64,000 nucleotides of DNA from Myxococcota bacterium (GTDB lineage Bacteria > Myxococcota_C > UBA6777): NCBI GenBank assembly GCA_023150835.1, contig JAKLKB010000001.1:1-64000 (forward strand), in the 5' to 3' direction. Every line of letters begins with the position of its first letter. Position 1 is the first letter of the stretch. The notes beneath the pieces are model-generated. The model worked only from the letters and a program-made list of their open reading frames with translations, searched no databases and was not told the origin of the DNA. The position numbers were made by a program, and so were the translations under genes. Below, in pieces: positions 20,220 to 29,731 of this stretch.

Positions 20220-20993
20220 ATGCCAGACATCGCTTTTTTCTTCAACTATAGCCTGCGGGCTTTTTTGTTGGGTCTTCTTTGGATGACCGCAGGGCGGTCA
20301 TTGGAACGTCCAATGCCTTCGGTGCCTTCGGTGCCTTCGGTGCCTTCGGTGCCTTCGGTGCCTTCGGTGCCTTCGATGTCTTCGATCCGTTCGGTGTCTT
20401 CGAGGTCTTCGGTGTTGGGGATCTTGGTTCCATTGGAGCCTGCACCGAGCCGATACGAGCAAGCCCTTGTGATCGGGACTTTGATCAGGCAAGGGCTATT
20501 GCGTTGGCGCTGGTTATCGTCGCGACGTTTGCCTGACGAAGTGTTTGATCGGCGGTATGGTCGTTTTCGTGCGGAGCGGATCTTGGCGGAGTTGCGGCGC
20601 TTGGGGGTGGAGTCTGCGGTGGGTGAGCGCAACGTGGTGATCATCGGCGTGACCAAGGGTGATATCTCGACCGATATTCCGGGGTTTTTGGATCATGCTG
20701 TCTTGGGGCTTTCGGAGGCGAAAGGACGTGCGATGGTGCTTTCTACGACGCGGCTTCCGAGTGCTTTGCGTGAGCAAGCTTGGGTCTCGCTGATCTTGCA
20801 TGAATGGGGGCATTGGGTGGGTCTTGGTCATTGTCCGCGTGTTGCGTGTGTGATGTTTGATCGGCTCGGGCGATCCGCTACGTTGGACTGGTCTCGCCGT
20901 TTTTGTTCGTATTGTGCGCGGCGTCTGGCTTGCGGGCAAGCGCCTTCTTTCCGAGGCTGGCCGACCTTTCGCTGCACCAAGCACACCCCTTGA
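20220..20993 (+). CDS. Archaemetzincin-like (M54) zinc metalloprotease
   Basis: HEWGHWVGLGHCPRVACVM...FCSYC motif. 9-bp (PSV)n repeat at about 20315-20375. Confidence 0.85.
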   Translation: MPDIAFFFNYSLRAFLLGLLWMTAGRSLERPMPSVPSVPSVPSVPSVPSVPSMSSIRSVSSRSSVLGILVPLEPAPSRYEQALVIGTLIRQGLLRWRWLSSRRLPDEVFDRRYGRFRAERILAELRRLGVESAVGERNVVIIGVTKGDISTDIPGFLDHAVLGLSEAKGRAMVLSTTRLPSALREQAWVSLILHEWGHWVGLGHCPRVACVMFDRLGRSATLDWSRRFCSYCARRLACGQAPSFRGWPTFRCTKHTP

Positions 20994-21057
20994 AATCCAT
21001 CGAAGCGCGTGCCAAGATCCAATGCCTTGTCCCCAAACGCTTTCCCTGAGACGACGC

Positions 21058-21996
21058 ATGGAACCGAGACACTCCCCCTTTTTTTTCGCCAAGAAAACTT
21101 GTTGGCGGTTGATTTGCGCCTTGTGGCTTGGTGTGAGGGTGGGAGCGCTTGGCCTCGGTGCGATGGTGTTCTTTGAGGGGCAGAGCTACGCGCAAACCCC
21201 CTCCACGCGATATCCTTCTTCTCTGTTGTCTTCCTCGGCCATCTCGCCACCATCCGTTGCATCGGCCATCTCGCCACCATCCGTTGCATCGGCCATCTCG
21301 CCACCATCCGTTGCATCGGCCATCTCGCCATCATCCGTTGCATCGGCCATCTCGCCACCATCTATTTTGCCGCCGCTCTCGTCCGTATCGATCCCAACGA
21401 TGGTCTCGTCTTCTACAGCGCAGCCTGTGGACGGGGCATCAGGAGCAGCACCGCAGCCTACCGGTGCCTCGGAATCAACGAAGCTATCGCTGCCGTCGAA
21501 AAAGGTGCTCAAGGCCGAACGGTGGGGAGGCAATGAGATCGGTGTGAGCGGTTTGGTCGGGAGTTGGGGGAATTCGCCGCAATTTGGTTTGCGTGGGGTG
21601 TTGCCGCTTTCGCGTTTTTTGGCGTTTCGCGTGGGTTGGATCTTCATGTTCCATCTCAAAGGCGAAGAATCTTACAACTTGAGCACGTTTACGTTGGATC
21701 TGATCGTGCGTTTACCCAGTCCCTATCGCGCTTTGCGTTATTATGCGGTGACGCGGTTAGATTTTTGGCCGCTGTGGAACTTCTTTAACACGAACCCTGC
21801 TGTTTCAAAGATATCCACACAGCCCACGTTTGGACTAAGCGTGCTTGCGGGGGTCGAGGGGTTTTTGTTGCCTCGCGTGTCGTGGTTTTTGGAAAGCGGC
21901 TTTTCCTCTGGGATGGTGATCGGATTTGCGCCGATACGCCGACCTTATGAAGCGTTTGGCTTTGTGATCCAATCGGGGTTTCAAACCTACTTTTGA
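21058..21996 (+). CDS. Putative outer-membrane beta-barrel protein with 27-bp (SAISPPSVA) repeats; start uncertain
   Basis: Signal-like N-terminus, amphipathic beta strands and C-terminal GFQTYF. Repeats at about 21235-21363. Confidence 0.65.
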   Translation: MEPRHSPFFFAKKTCWRLICALWLGVRVGALGLGAMVFFEGQSYAQTPSTRYPSSLLSSSAISPPSVASAISPPSVASAISPPSVASAISPSSVASAISPPSILPPLSSVSIPTMVSSSTAQPVDGASGAAPQPTGASESTKLSLPSKKVLKAERWGGNEIGVSGLVGSWGNSPQFGLRGVLPLSRFLAFRVGWIFMFHLKGEESYNLSTFTLDLIVRLPSPYRALRYYAVTRLDFWPLWNFFNTNPAVSKISTQPTFGLSVLAGVEGFLLPRVSWFLESGFSSGMVIGFAPIRRPYEAFGFVIQSGFQTYF

Positions 21997-22080
21997 ACCA
22001 AACCTGTGTTTTTGCGTTAGCGCGTACTCTGCTTTGATCCTTTGTTCTTTGCTTCTGTGATACCGAAAAAGGAGTTCCCC

Positions 22081-23673
22081 GTGACCCACAAAAACGCCTT
22101 TTTGCAAGCCATTCAAAAGCGCGACTTCTTTACGGAAAACGGTGCGCTTTCGCATTCCACGACGGGTTCTTCGTTGGTGGATTATTTCGCGAAGTGCGGC
22201 ACATACCGAGATCGAAGTGAGAACGAAGTGTTTGCGGATATCTCGGCGATGTGGGCGGACTCTCCGTTGGTTGCGCTGATGATCATCTTTTATGTTCGCT
22301 TGATCACGCGCACCACGCAGGGCTTTTTTACTTCGGAGTTGGTGCAAAAAGGGCAGGGGGCTCGTGACGAGTTCCGCAAAGCCTTGCGTTGGCTTGCTAT
22401 CTCGCAACCAGAAACCTTGTACAAAAACGTGTGGTTGGTGCCTGTGGTCGGGCGCTGGAGCGATCTATGGCATGACGATCTGATCGATGTGCTCGATCGT
22501 TCCAAGGTGTATGCGTTGGTTCAACGCGGGCTTGCCGACGATACGATGCGCGGCTTGATCGCCAAATATCTCCCGCGTATCCGCAGCAAAGGAAGCGTTC
22601 ATACACCCCGCCATACGGCCCGAAACAATTGGGCGCGTGGATTTTGCAAAGTGATGGGATGGAATGATGCAGCATATCGCCTATTCAAGGCCTCTCCTGA
22701 GCATAACGCGCATCTCTTCCAACGTCAGATGAGTGCGGGTTTATGGGACGCTTTGGATTTTTCCAAGATCCCGGGACGTGCGCTGTTTCAGATGATCTCC
22801 CATCAAGGCAAGGACGCAAAGACCACGCTCGAACGCCACGATCTCAGCGAGCGCTATCTTGCATGGATCAGCCAACAGCCGACCGCAAAGTTCACGGGTT
22901 ATGTGTACGAGTTGTTCCAAGCGGCCAACAGGCGTCTCTCTATCGCACAGAAATATACCTACGATCGCCAATTCGACGGATTGATCGAGCAAGCCAAACG
23001 CGATCACGGTGGCTTTCAAGGCAACGTCTGGTGCGCCCTCGATACTTCGGGATCGATGCAAGCTGAAGCTGCGCCCGGTGTGACGGCGTTCGAGATCTGT
23101 CTTTCTTTGGGGATCTTCTTTTCCACGCTCAACGAAGGTGCATTCCATGATGTGGTGGTGATGTTTGACAGCACCTCGCGGATCAAAACTCTCAAGGGTG
23201 GTTTTTCCGATAAAGTCTCGCAACTCACCAGCGCAACCACCGCGTGGGGTTCGACCAGCTTTCAATCCGTAATCGACGAGATCGTTCGCGTTCGCCTAGA
23301 AGATCCGCAGATCCCCGTGGCAGATTTCCCGCAAACGCTGGTTGTGGTCAGCGATATGCAGTTTAACCCCGTTGATGGGGGAAATGCGCAAACTAATTAC
23401 GAAGCCGCGATGCAAAAGCTCGCAGCCGTCGGACTCCCGAAGATCCGCATTGTTTGGTGGTGGGTCACTGGACGTGGACAAGACTTCCCTTCCACCCTTG
23501 ACGACGAAGGCGTCACGATGATCGGCGGCTTTGATGGGAGCGTCTTGACTCTCTTGCTTGGTGGACAACCCAAACCTCTCAGCCTCGGGGAAAAAGAGTC
23601 CGCAAAAGCCAACGCTTTCGATCAGATGCTCCAAGCCCTCGATCAAGAAGTGTTGCGACAGCTTCGCGTGTGA
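22081..23673 (+). CDS. DUF2828-family protein (helical TROVE-like N-terminus + vWA/MIDAS C-terminus)
   Basis: N-terminal TENGALSHSTTG, G.G.R and AKYLPR. MIDAS DTSGSM, WGSTSF and SDMQF. RBS AAGGAG before GTG 22081. Confidence 0.85.
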   Translation: MTHKNAFLQAIQKRDFFTENGALSHSTTGSSLVDYFAKCGTYRDRSENEVFADISAMWADSPLVALMIIFYVRLITRTTQGFFTSELVQKGQGARDEFRKALRWLAISQPETLYKNVWLVPVVGRWSDLWHDDLIDVLDRSKVYALVQRGLADDTMRGLIAKYLPRIRSKGSVHTPRHTARNNWARGFCKVMGWNDAAYRLFKASPEHNAHLFQRQMSAGLWDALDFSKIPGRALFQMISHQGKDAKTTLERHDLSERYLAWISQQPTAKFTGYVYELFQAANRRLSIAQKYTYDRQFDGLIEQAKRDHGGFQGNVWCALDTSGSMQAEAAPGVTAFEICLSLGIFFSTLNEGAFHDVVVMFDSTSRIKTLKGGFSDKVSQLTSATTAWGSTSFQSVIDEIVRVRLEDPQIPVADFPQTLVVVSDMQFNPVDGGNAQTNYEAAMQKLAAVGLPKIRIVWWWVTGRGQDFPSTLDDEGVTMIGGFDGSVLTLLLGGQPKPLSLGEKESAKANAFDQMLQALDQEVLRQLRV

Positions 23674-23699
23674 CATCGGCACCTTTTGATGTTTTCTTG

Positions 23700-23812
23700 T
23701 ACGAGATCCGCCCATTGTGTGATCATAAAAGCGTAGGGGCAGACAGGTGTGGCTGCCCAACAATCGGGCCTCTACGCACTCTCCTACGATCACACATCAT
23801 TTGGATATCGTA
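23700..23812. repeat. Family A repeat copy
   Basis: TACGAGATCCG...GTGTGATCATA...GTAGGGGCAG...TACGATCACAC...GGATATCGTA. Confidence 0.9.
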
Positions 23813-23863
23813 TGATTTGCGTTTTTCGTGCGCTTCTGGCAATCTGCCGGAAGTGCGCTTCTT

Positions 23864-23974
23864 GGATGGGTCGTCTAGTGGTAGGACACCGGAAACAAGC
23901 GTGCTTTGTACAAAGCACCACAGCAACACCAAAAACTCACGCCGGTAACGGAGGTTCGATTCCTTCCCTGTCCG
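23864..23974 (+). ncRNA. tRNA-like RNA 1 (Glu-like body) with its anticodon loop expanded by a hairpin + CACAGCAA insert
   Basis: Acceptor GGATGGG/CCTGTCC, D arm GTCTAGTGGTAGGAC, stem CCGG/CCGG, T arm GGAGG-TTCGATT-CCTTC. Insert hairpin GTGCTTTGTACAAAGCAC at 23901-23918. Confidence 0.85.
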
Positions 23975-24041
23975 TTTTTCAAAGAGTCGCGTTGCCTTGT
24001 TTCCGCATTCTTCGCTGTTTGCGCGGGTGTGGAAACACGAT

Positions 24042-24149
24042 GGAGAAGTAGCTCAGTTGGTAGAGCAATGATCATGTGTGTCTTGTACAAGACACCACAG
24101 CAAACCTTTTGGCATTCATGGGTCGCGGGTTCGAACCCCGCCTTCTCCA
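24042..24149 (+). ncRNA. tRNA-like RNA 2 with the same type of anticodon-arm insert
   Basis: Acceptor GGAGAAG/CTTCTCC, D arm GCTCAGTTGGTAGAGC, stem ATGA/TCAT, T arm GCGGG-TTCGAAC-CCCGC. Insert hairpin GTGTCTTGTACAAGACAC at 24078-24095, then CACAGCAA. Confidence 0.85.
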
Positions 24150-24258
24150 CATCGTTTTTTTCCCGCTGTTCTCGCCTGTATCACCACCTTTACGACACCT
24201 TCGCCCTCCCCGTGTGATCGCGCTCCCCACATCATCGCCCTTCTCTCAGGCTCGTCGA

Positions 24259-24729
24259 TCACGGCTGCTTGGGCGTGAAGACAAGATATTTGCTACCGAG
24301 AAAGTTGAACAACGAGGCATTAAAGATCCCGATAAAATTGGCGACGTAGGACAACGGCAGCCATGCCATCTGCAAAGGGCCGATGGCAAGGTGTTTTTGG
24401 GGGGTCATGCCAAGATATTCGATCAGGAGGTGCATACTGCCGATCCGAACGCCTAGACCCAAGGCGCAGATCAACACAAACGACACATAAGAGGTGCGAC
24501 GCTCGACCTTTTGTTCGCGAAATGTGATCACGCGGTTGAGTTCAAAGTTCCACGACACGGCCACCACAAAAGCTGGGATCGCCGCAAGTCGCAAGTCCAT
24601 GTGAAAAAAACGATCACATACAACCAACACCGCTGTGTCGACAAAAACGCCGCTCCCTCCGATGATTCCAAAGAGAAAAAATTGCACGATCGTTTTCCAA
24701 CGTTCAGAAATGGGGCGAATGGGGGTCAT
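24259..24729 (-). CDS. GtrA family membrane protein
   Basis: QFFLFGIIGGSGVFVD, WNFELNRVITF and FNFLGSKYLVF. Confidence 0.9.
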   Translation of the reverse strand: MTPIRPISERWKTIVQFFLFGIIGGSGVFVDTAVLVVCDRFFHMDLRLAAIPAFVVAVSWNFELNRVITFREQKVERRTSYVSFVLICALGLGVRIGSMHLLIEYLGMTPQKHLAIGPLQMAWLPLSYVANFIGIFNASLFNFLGSKYLVFTPKQP

Positions 24730-24882
24730 CTTGGGTCTTGTTCCTTTCTTGAACCGTCCTTGGTGTGGGCGCGGAGTGTAGGGGCTTTTCGTGCATTTGC
24801 CAAGCCCCTCCTGTCGTGCGCCGAAGAATCGTCACTTCGGTTTGGAGTACTTGTGGATGAAAAACGTTGGAGCACTTGTGGA

Positions 24883-25006
24883 TGAAAAACCCCGTGTTCG
24901 CGCTACCTCAAGCGACTGTGTCGTTTGTTTGAAAAACTTGCGATCACTTCGCCAACACGGGGTCAAGGGGCGATAGTCTAGGGTGGGGTCTGGGGTGAAA
25001 CCCCAC
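24883..25006 (+). repeat. Family B repeat copy
   Basis: AAAAACCCCGTGTTCGCG...CAAGCGAC...TGAAAA...TTCGCCAACACGGGGTCAAGGGG...GGGGTGAAACCCCAC. Confidence 0.88.
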
Positions 25007-25150
25007 GAACACGATTCAACGGCATCATGCCTATCCTGTAGAAAATACCGAAAAAACAGCCTATAGATCGTTTGGTGTGGCGATTCGTTGATGGTGTCGA
25101 GTCGACAAGACACTTTTCGCCCACGCTGTCGATCCAAACGCAACCAAAGG

Positions 25151-28054
25151 ATGCCCCGCGTCATGGCTGAACCGACCTCTCATCCAAAACCGAAAGAGGA
25201 TGGCGTCTTTGCGATCCTGTTCGATGTCTTCTTTAGCTTGATCTTCTTGTCTGTTATCGGTGTTCTGTTTGTTGCTTTTTGCGTGTTGCTCGGAAAATAC
25301 GAGCTTTTGATTCTTGCTTATGTGTTGCTTACGGCAGCGGTGGTGCGCCCGTTGATCTCCGAACAGCGCATGGAAAAGCTGCAAAAGATGGCCGTGATCG
25401 GCGAAGGACTCAAGATCTTTACGCATCTGGAGCGTTATTATCTACAATATCCGCCGCGTTCGATCTTTTTCTATCTGTTTTTCCCCATCACAGGGATCTT
25501 TTCATTTTTCTTTTCCAAAGAACGCGGACGCCGCGAGCTAAAAGCGCACTTTATCCTTGTGCAATGGATTCTGGTGCTGTTGCTGATCCAAGGCTTTGCG
25601 TCGTATTCGCGTTTTTATCAACACTTCCCTTGGCGTTTTGCAAGCGCATGGCTCTACATGGAGCTGCTTTCCGTCTATTTTCTCTGCAACTTTTTTGCGA
25701 TCCCTGCCGCCACGACGCCGATCCGCCTGAGTGTCACAGGCCGACGTATCCGCCTCATGCTGGTCTCTTTTTTCGCGATCGTGATCATGAGCGGCTTTTT
25801 GTGGGCCTACAAAAGCGGCGTGCGCTACGACAACTTGATCCCGATCAACATCGCGATGGATCGGCGGATGGACGCCCTCAAACAACGGGTTCAACTCAAC
25901 TATCTGCGCGCCAAACAAGGACTCCCCCCCCTCCAGCCCCGCAAGCGCAAAGGGCAACCCCAAACCGAAGAATTCTTCACGCACTTCCAAGATATCAGCG
26001 AGATGTATGTGCGCCATCTTGCGCCTCGCATCCTCGAATTTCACAAACAACACTTCTTCAATCCCACGCGAAAAGCCCACGAAGACTTTATCGATGGACT
26101 CAACAAGGAGTTCCAATCGGCCCTTCAGCGCATCTCTTCGTTTGGTGAACACGAACAGATCTTCCTCACGTTCACCCAAGAACCCGGTGATATCTGGGGC
26201 ATGATCTTGATGCCTTTTCGCGAAAACCTCTTTTATGCTTTCAAGATCGTGCGAAGCACTGCCCCGACCTTTCCGTCCACAACCCTGCCCAAAGAACAAG
26301 CCGTCGTCCATTTCTACCGTCGTTGGGAAGATCTGCCCGTGATCGAGCGCGATGGGTTCGTGCAACGGTGGGAGCGTGGGCGTTATCGCTTTGCCGCACA
26401 AAAGCGCATGGCCCGTGTGATCGTCGATTCCATGCGCGATCTCAGCCGTCGCACCGCTCCTGCCGAGCCTGAACCCACCGAAGAAGAACCCTCCATCGCC
26501 AAAAAAGACGAAGAGATCCGCCTAGAAAAGAGCAAAGAAGCCAAAGAAGAGTCCGCCTCCGCCAAAAAAGATCAAGAAGGCCAAACCCCGCAAGCCCGAG
26601 CACAAAAAGACGAACTCGCCAAACCAACGAACGAAAACATCGCAACCCCCCCCCGAACAGGTGCCAAAAAGACCGAATCACCCATCCGCCAAAACGCTGA
26701 AGATGCCGATGTCCCGCCACCTCAGTCCACAACCCCATCGCCCCCACCTCCTGCTGCGACGGCTACAGGCACGCCTACGACCACCGATCCTGCTGCTGGA
26801 AGCCCCCCCCGCCTCGCCATCTCCCCAAGACCCAAGCACCTCCGTCATTTCCCAAAACGCCCGACCGCTGGGCCGCGACGAGGGCGCCGTTTCGTTGTCC
26901 GCGATCTGCGCCAACCACGCCGCGCAAAACCACGCCCTTCTGCGGAGAAGTTCTTCCCACAACCACGTCGATTCTCCGTACTGATCGTTCCCCCAACACC
27001 AACCGCTCCCTCCGGATCGACCGAACCACCTGCGCCTCCGTCCTCTGCTGTGATACCTTCCGCTCCGCCTCAGACGGTGCCCTCACGAAAAAGCCCGACA
27101 GTCGCCAAAAAACGAACGCCTCACGTCGATCCTTCCAAGCCCGAACCCAAGAAGGCCGTCTCGCTGTCGGGACGCTCAAAAACCCGGACTCCCACCGTTT
27201 CCCCAATACACAAGGGACTTGGGCCTTTTCCTGTGATCGAAGCAGAACCGTATCAGCTACCAGACGTCCCAACTCTCCCCCACAATCCAGACGAACAAGA
27301 CCGCTTGCGTTCTCTCTTGCGCTTCATCAGCGACAGATGCGGCGAGATCCCTTTCGAGCAAAGCCGCCTTGCCGATAGCCTGCGTCTCGCTTTGAGGATT
27401 CCCAACCCATCGACATCACGGTCCTTCGCTTCCTCTTTTTTGTCGACGTACTGGGCCGATGTATGGGCTAAACCTCTCGGACTCTCCAATCTACTCAATG
27501 ATCTCCCCTCCTTTCCTGATGGGCTTCCCAAACATTTCAAAACACCGAAACCCTACCGCGAGATGCTGGCTGAAAATTGCGTATCCATGCGCCTTCGCGA
27601 GGTGGTACAGCAATTTATGCCCGACGCTGTTTCCGATCCGACCGCAATTTCCGAAAATCAACGGCCTCTTTATTACGCGAAGATCCAACAATCGATTCGG
27701 ATATTCGATTGGCTTGCGACATTTCTTCGTGAGCGGGAACGCTTTCTCAAGAACGCGCACACCCGTTTTCTTTCACAGCAACAAGAACTCCAACGTAAAC
27801 GCCGATTCTTTCAGCTTTACAACGAAACCTTGCGCCAACTACACCTCGAACGCGCTTTGAGCGCCAAGCTGCTCTTTGATCACTTTGGCGATACCCCGCC
27901 ACTTCCGCCTCTTTGGTGGGCTGATCTCTACGAGTACTTCTTGCGCTTGCTGCTTTTCCTTTTCCAACTCACGATGCCGATCCACATCCTCTTGATCCTT
28001 TATTGCCACATCCGCTTGCGCGAACCCGAAGACCAAGCCACCCGCACACCCTGA
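25151..28054 (+). CDS. Polytopic membrane protein of unknown function with a large charged/Pro-rich insertion
   Basis: Long ORF with several N-terminal TM segments and one C-terminal TM. Paralog of the next gene. Confidence 0.75.
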   Translation: MPRVMAEPTSHPKPKEDGVFAILFDVFFSLIFLSVIGVLFVAFCVLLGKYELLILAYVLLTAAVVRPLISEQRMEKLQKMAVIGEGLKIFTHLERYYLQYPPRSIFFYLFFPITGIFSFFFSKERGRRELKAHFILVQWILVLLLIQGFASYSRFYQHFPWRFASAWLYMELLSVYFLCNFFAIPAATTPIRLSVTGRRIRLMLVSFFAIVIMSGFLWAYKSGVRYDNLIPINIAMDRRMDALKQRVQLNYLRAKQGLPPLQPRKRKGQPQTEEFFTHFQDISEMYVRHLAPRILEFHKQHFFNPTRKAHEDFIDGLNKEFQSALQRISSFGEHEQIFLTFTQEPGDIWGMILMPFRENLFYAFKIVRSTAPTFPSTTLPKEQAVVHFYRRWEDLPVIERDGFVQRWERGRYRFAAQKRMARVIVDSMRDLSRRTAPAEPEPTEEEPSIAKKDEEIRLEKSKEAKEESASAKKDQEGQTPQARAQKDELAKPTNENIATPPRTGAKKTESPIRQNAEDADVPPPQSTTPSPPPPAATATGTPTTTDPAAGSPPRLAISPRPKHLRHFPKRPTAGPRRGRRFVVRDLRQPRRAKPRPSAEKFFPQPRRFSVLIVPPTPTAPSGSTEPPAPPSSAVIPSAPPQTVPSRKSPTVAKKRTPHVDPSKPEPKKAVSLSGRSKTRTPTVSPIHKGLGPFPVIEAEPYQLPDVPTLPHNPDEQDRLRSLLRFISDRCGEIPFEQSRLADSLRLALRIPNPSTSRSFASSFLSTYWADVWAKPLGLSNLLNDLPSFPDGLPKHFKTPKPYREMLAENCVSMRLREVVQQFMPDAVSDPTAISENQRPLYYAKIQQSIRIFDWLATFLRERERFLKNAHTRFLSQQQELQRKRRFFQLYNETLRQLHLERALSAKLLFDHFGDTPPLPPLWWADLYEYFLRLLLFLFQLTMPIHILLILYCHIRLREPEDQATRTP

Positions 28055-28074
28055 AACGCCGAAAAGGGATCACC

Positions 28075-29532
28075 ATGCTTCCATCTTCCCAAACCCCCCA
28101 TCAGTCCGATGGATTCTTTCGCAGTTCTTTGGATCTACTGTTTCGCTTTGTTGTGTTGTCTACGCTGGCGATCGTCTTCGCGGCCTGTTGTGTGCTGCTC
28201 GGTAAGCCCAAGCTCCTGATCCTTGCCTATGTCCTCCTTGCTGCCGCGATGATCCGACCGATGATCTCCGAACAACGTATGGAAAAACTTCAACGTCTCG
28301 CTGTCCTCGGCGAAGGTCTCAAGATCTTCACACACATCGAGCGTTATTATCAGAAGTATCCGCAGCGAACGCTGCTGTTTTATCTGTTCTTCCCGATCAC
28401 GGGCATCTTCTCTTTCTTCTTCTCCAAAGAACGCGGTCGCCTCGAACTCAAAGCGCACTTTATTCTTGTCCAATGGATCGTCGTTTTGCTGCTCGTCCAA
28501 GCCTTCGCTTCCGCAAAAGTCCTCTTCCAACAGTTCCCTTGGCCGATCGCAGCTTCTTGGCTCTACACCGAAACGCTCTTCCTGTATTTTCTGTGCAGCT
28601 TTTTTGCGATCCCTGCGGTCACAACGCCCATCCAACTCAACACCACAGGCCGACGTATCCGCCTTGTGATCGCAACGGCACTTTCCATCGCCGTTCTTTC
28701 CGCCTTTGTCTTTGCCTACACACGCGACGCACGCTACGACAACCTGATCTCCATCCACATTGCTCTCTCACAACGCATCGACGCGCTCAAACAACGTGCT
28801 GCCCCTCAACCCCTCGCTCAAAAAAATCCCGCTTTTTCGCCAAAGCCCTCAACCTCTCCCCAACCCGCCGAGTTTTTCGACAAACTCCAACACTTCTCTG
28901 AGATGTTCCTCCAGTTCTATGGGCCCCGTATCTTGGCGTTTCATGCGCAACACTTCCGACGCCCCGATGCCAAGACCCACGCACGCTTCCACGCCCAATG
29001 CAACAAGGACTTCCAAGAACACATCAAACCACTCACCGAATTCGGCGAATACAAGCAGATCTTTCTTGTGCTTTCCCAAGAACCCGATGCCTTCTGGGGT
29101 ATGATCGTTGTCCCTTTCCGTGATCAGATCCTGTTTTCTTTTGAGATCTCTTCTTCCGACGGCCTTCGCTTTTTTCGCCGTTGGCAAGACATACCCAAGT
29201 CGATCCATCCGCCGATATCGCAGCGCTGGCGTCCAGCCCTTCTTCTCTCTTCATTCGCTCCCCCGACAAACACCGCAAGATCTCACCTCCATCCCATCCG
29301 CCACTTCTTTGTCCCCTACCATCCGACCCTTCGCGAGATCAACTTCCCCTACGCCCTCCAAAAACGTTTGCTCTACGATTCGATACCTTCCCTCCCTTCT
29401 GCCCGTCTACCCGCACAACACGACAATCCTTCCTTCGTTGCGCGCTTTCTTCTCTTGATCCTCCAATCCATCATGCCCCTTCATCTGCTCTTGCTCGCCT
29501 TCTGCCAATTCTTCCTCCGCGACGATTCTTGA
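28075..29532 (+). CDS. Polytopic membrane protein, tandem paralog of the upstream gene
   Basis: Shares ISEQRMEKLQ, GEGLKIFTH.ERYY and FYLFFPITGIFSFFFSKERGR.ELKAHFILVQW. Confidence 0.8.
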   Translation: MLPSSQTPHQSDGFFRSSLDLLFRFVVLSTLAIVFAACCVLLGKPKLLILAYVLLAAAMIRPMISEQRMEKLQRLAVLGEGLKIFTHIERYYQKYPQRTLLFYLFFPITGIFSFFFSKERGRLELKAHFILVQWIVVLLLVQAFASAKVLFQQFPWPIAASWLYTETLFLYFLCSFFAIPAVTTPIQLNTTGRRIRLVIATALSIAVLSAFVFAYTRDARYDNLISIHIALSQRIDALKQRAAPQPLAQKNPAFSPKPSTSPQPAEFFDKLQHFSEMFLQFYGPRILAFHAQHFRRPDAKTHARFHAQCNKDFQEHIKPLTEFGEYKQIFLVLSQEPDAFWGMIVVPFRDQILFSFEISSSDGLRFFRRWQDIPKSIHPPISQRWRPALLLSSFAPPTNTARSHLHPIRHFFVPYHPTLREINFPYALQKRLLYDSIPSLPSARLPAQHDNPSFVARFLLLILQSIMPLHLLLLAFCQFFLRDDS

Positions 29533-29731
29533 TCCTTCTGTTTTCCTCATCTCTACAAGTAGATTTCGGCCATTTCATCGTAAAAAATCTTTCATTCTTC
29601 AAGCGTTGCAAAAAATACCGTTGCTCTCTTCTTTCGACTCTGCTATCCACAACGAGAGGTATTGCAAAAACCAAGAAAGCATCTATCAGAATTTATACGA
29701 TACGCTCCAACAGAGCAGGGAATGGTGTTTG

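Noticed and set aside
23864-24149. Two ordinary tRNA genes or group I intron-containing tRNAs
   Set aside because: There is no 7-nt anticodon loop, and the ~40-nt inserts are far too short for self-splicing introns. Reported as tRNA-like ncRNAs instead.
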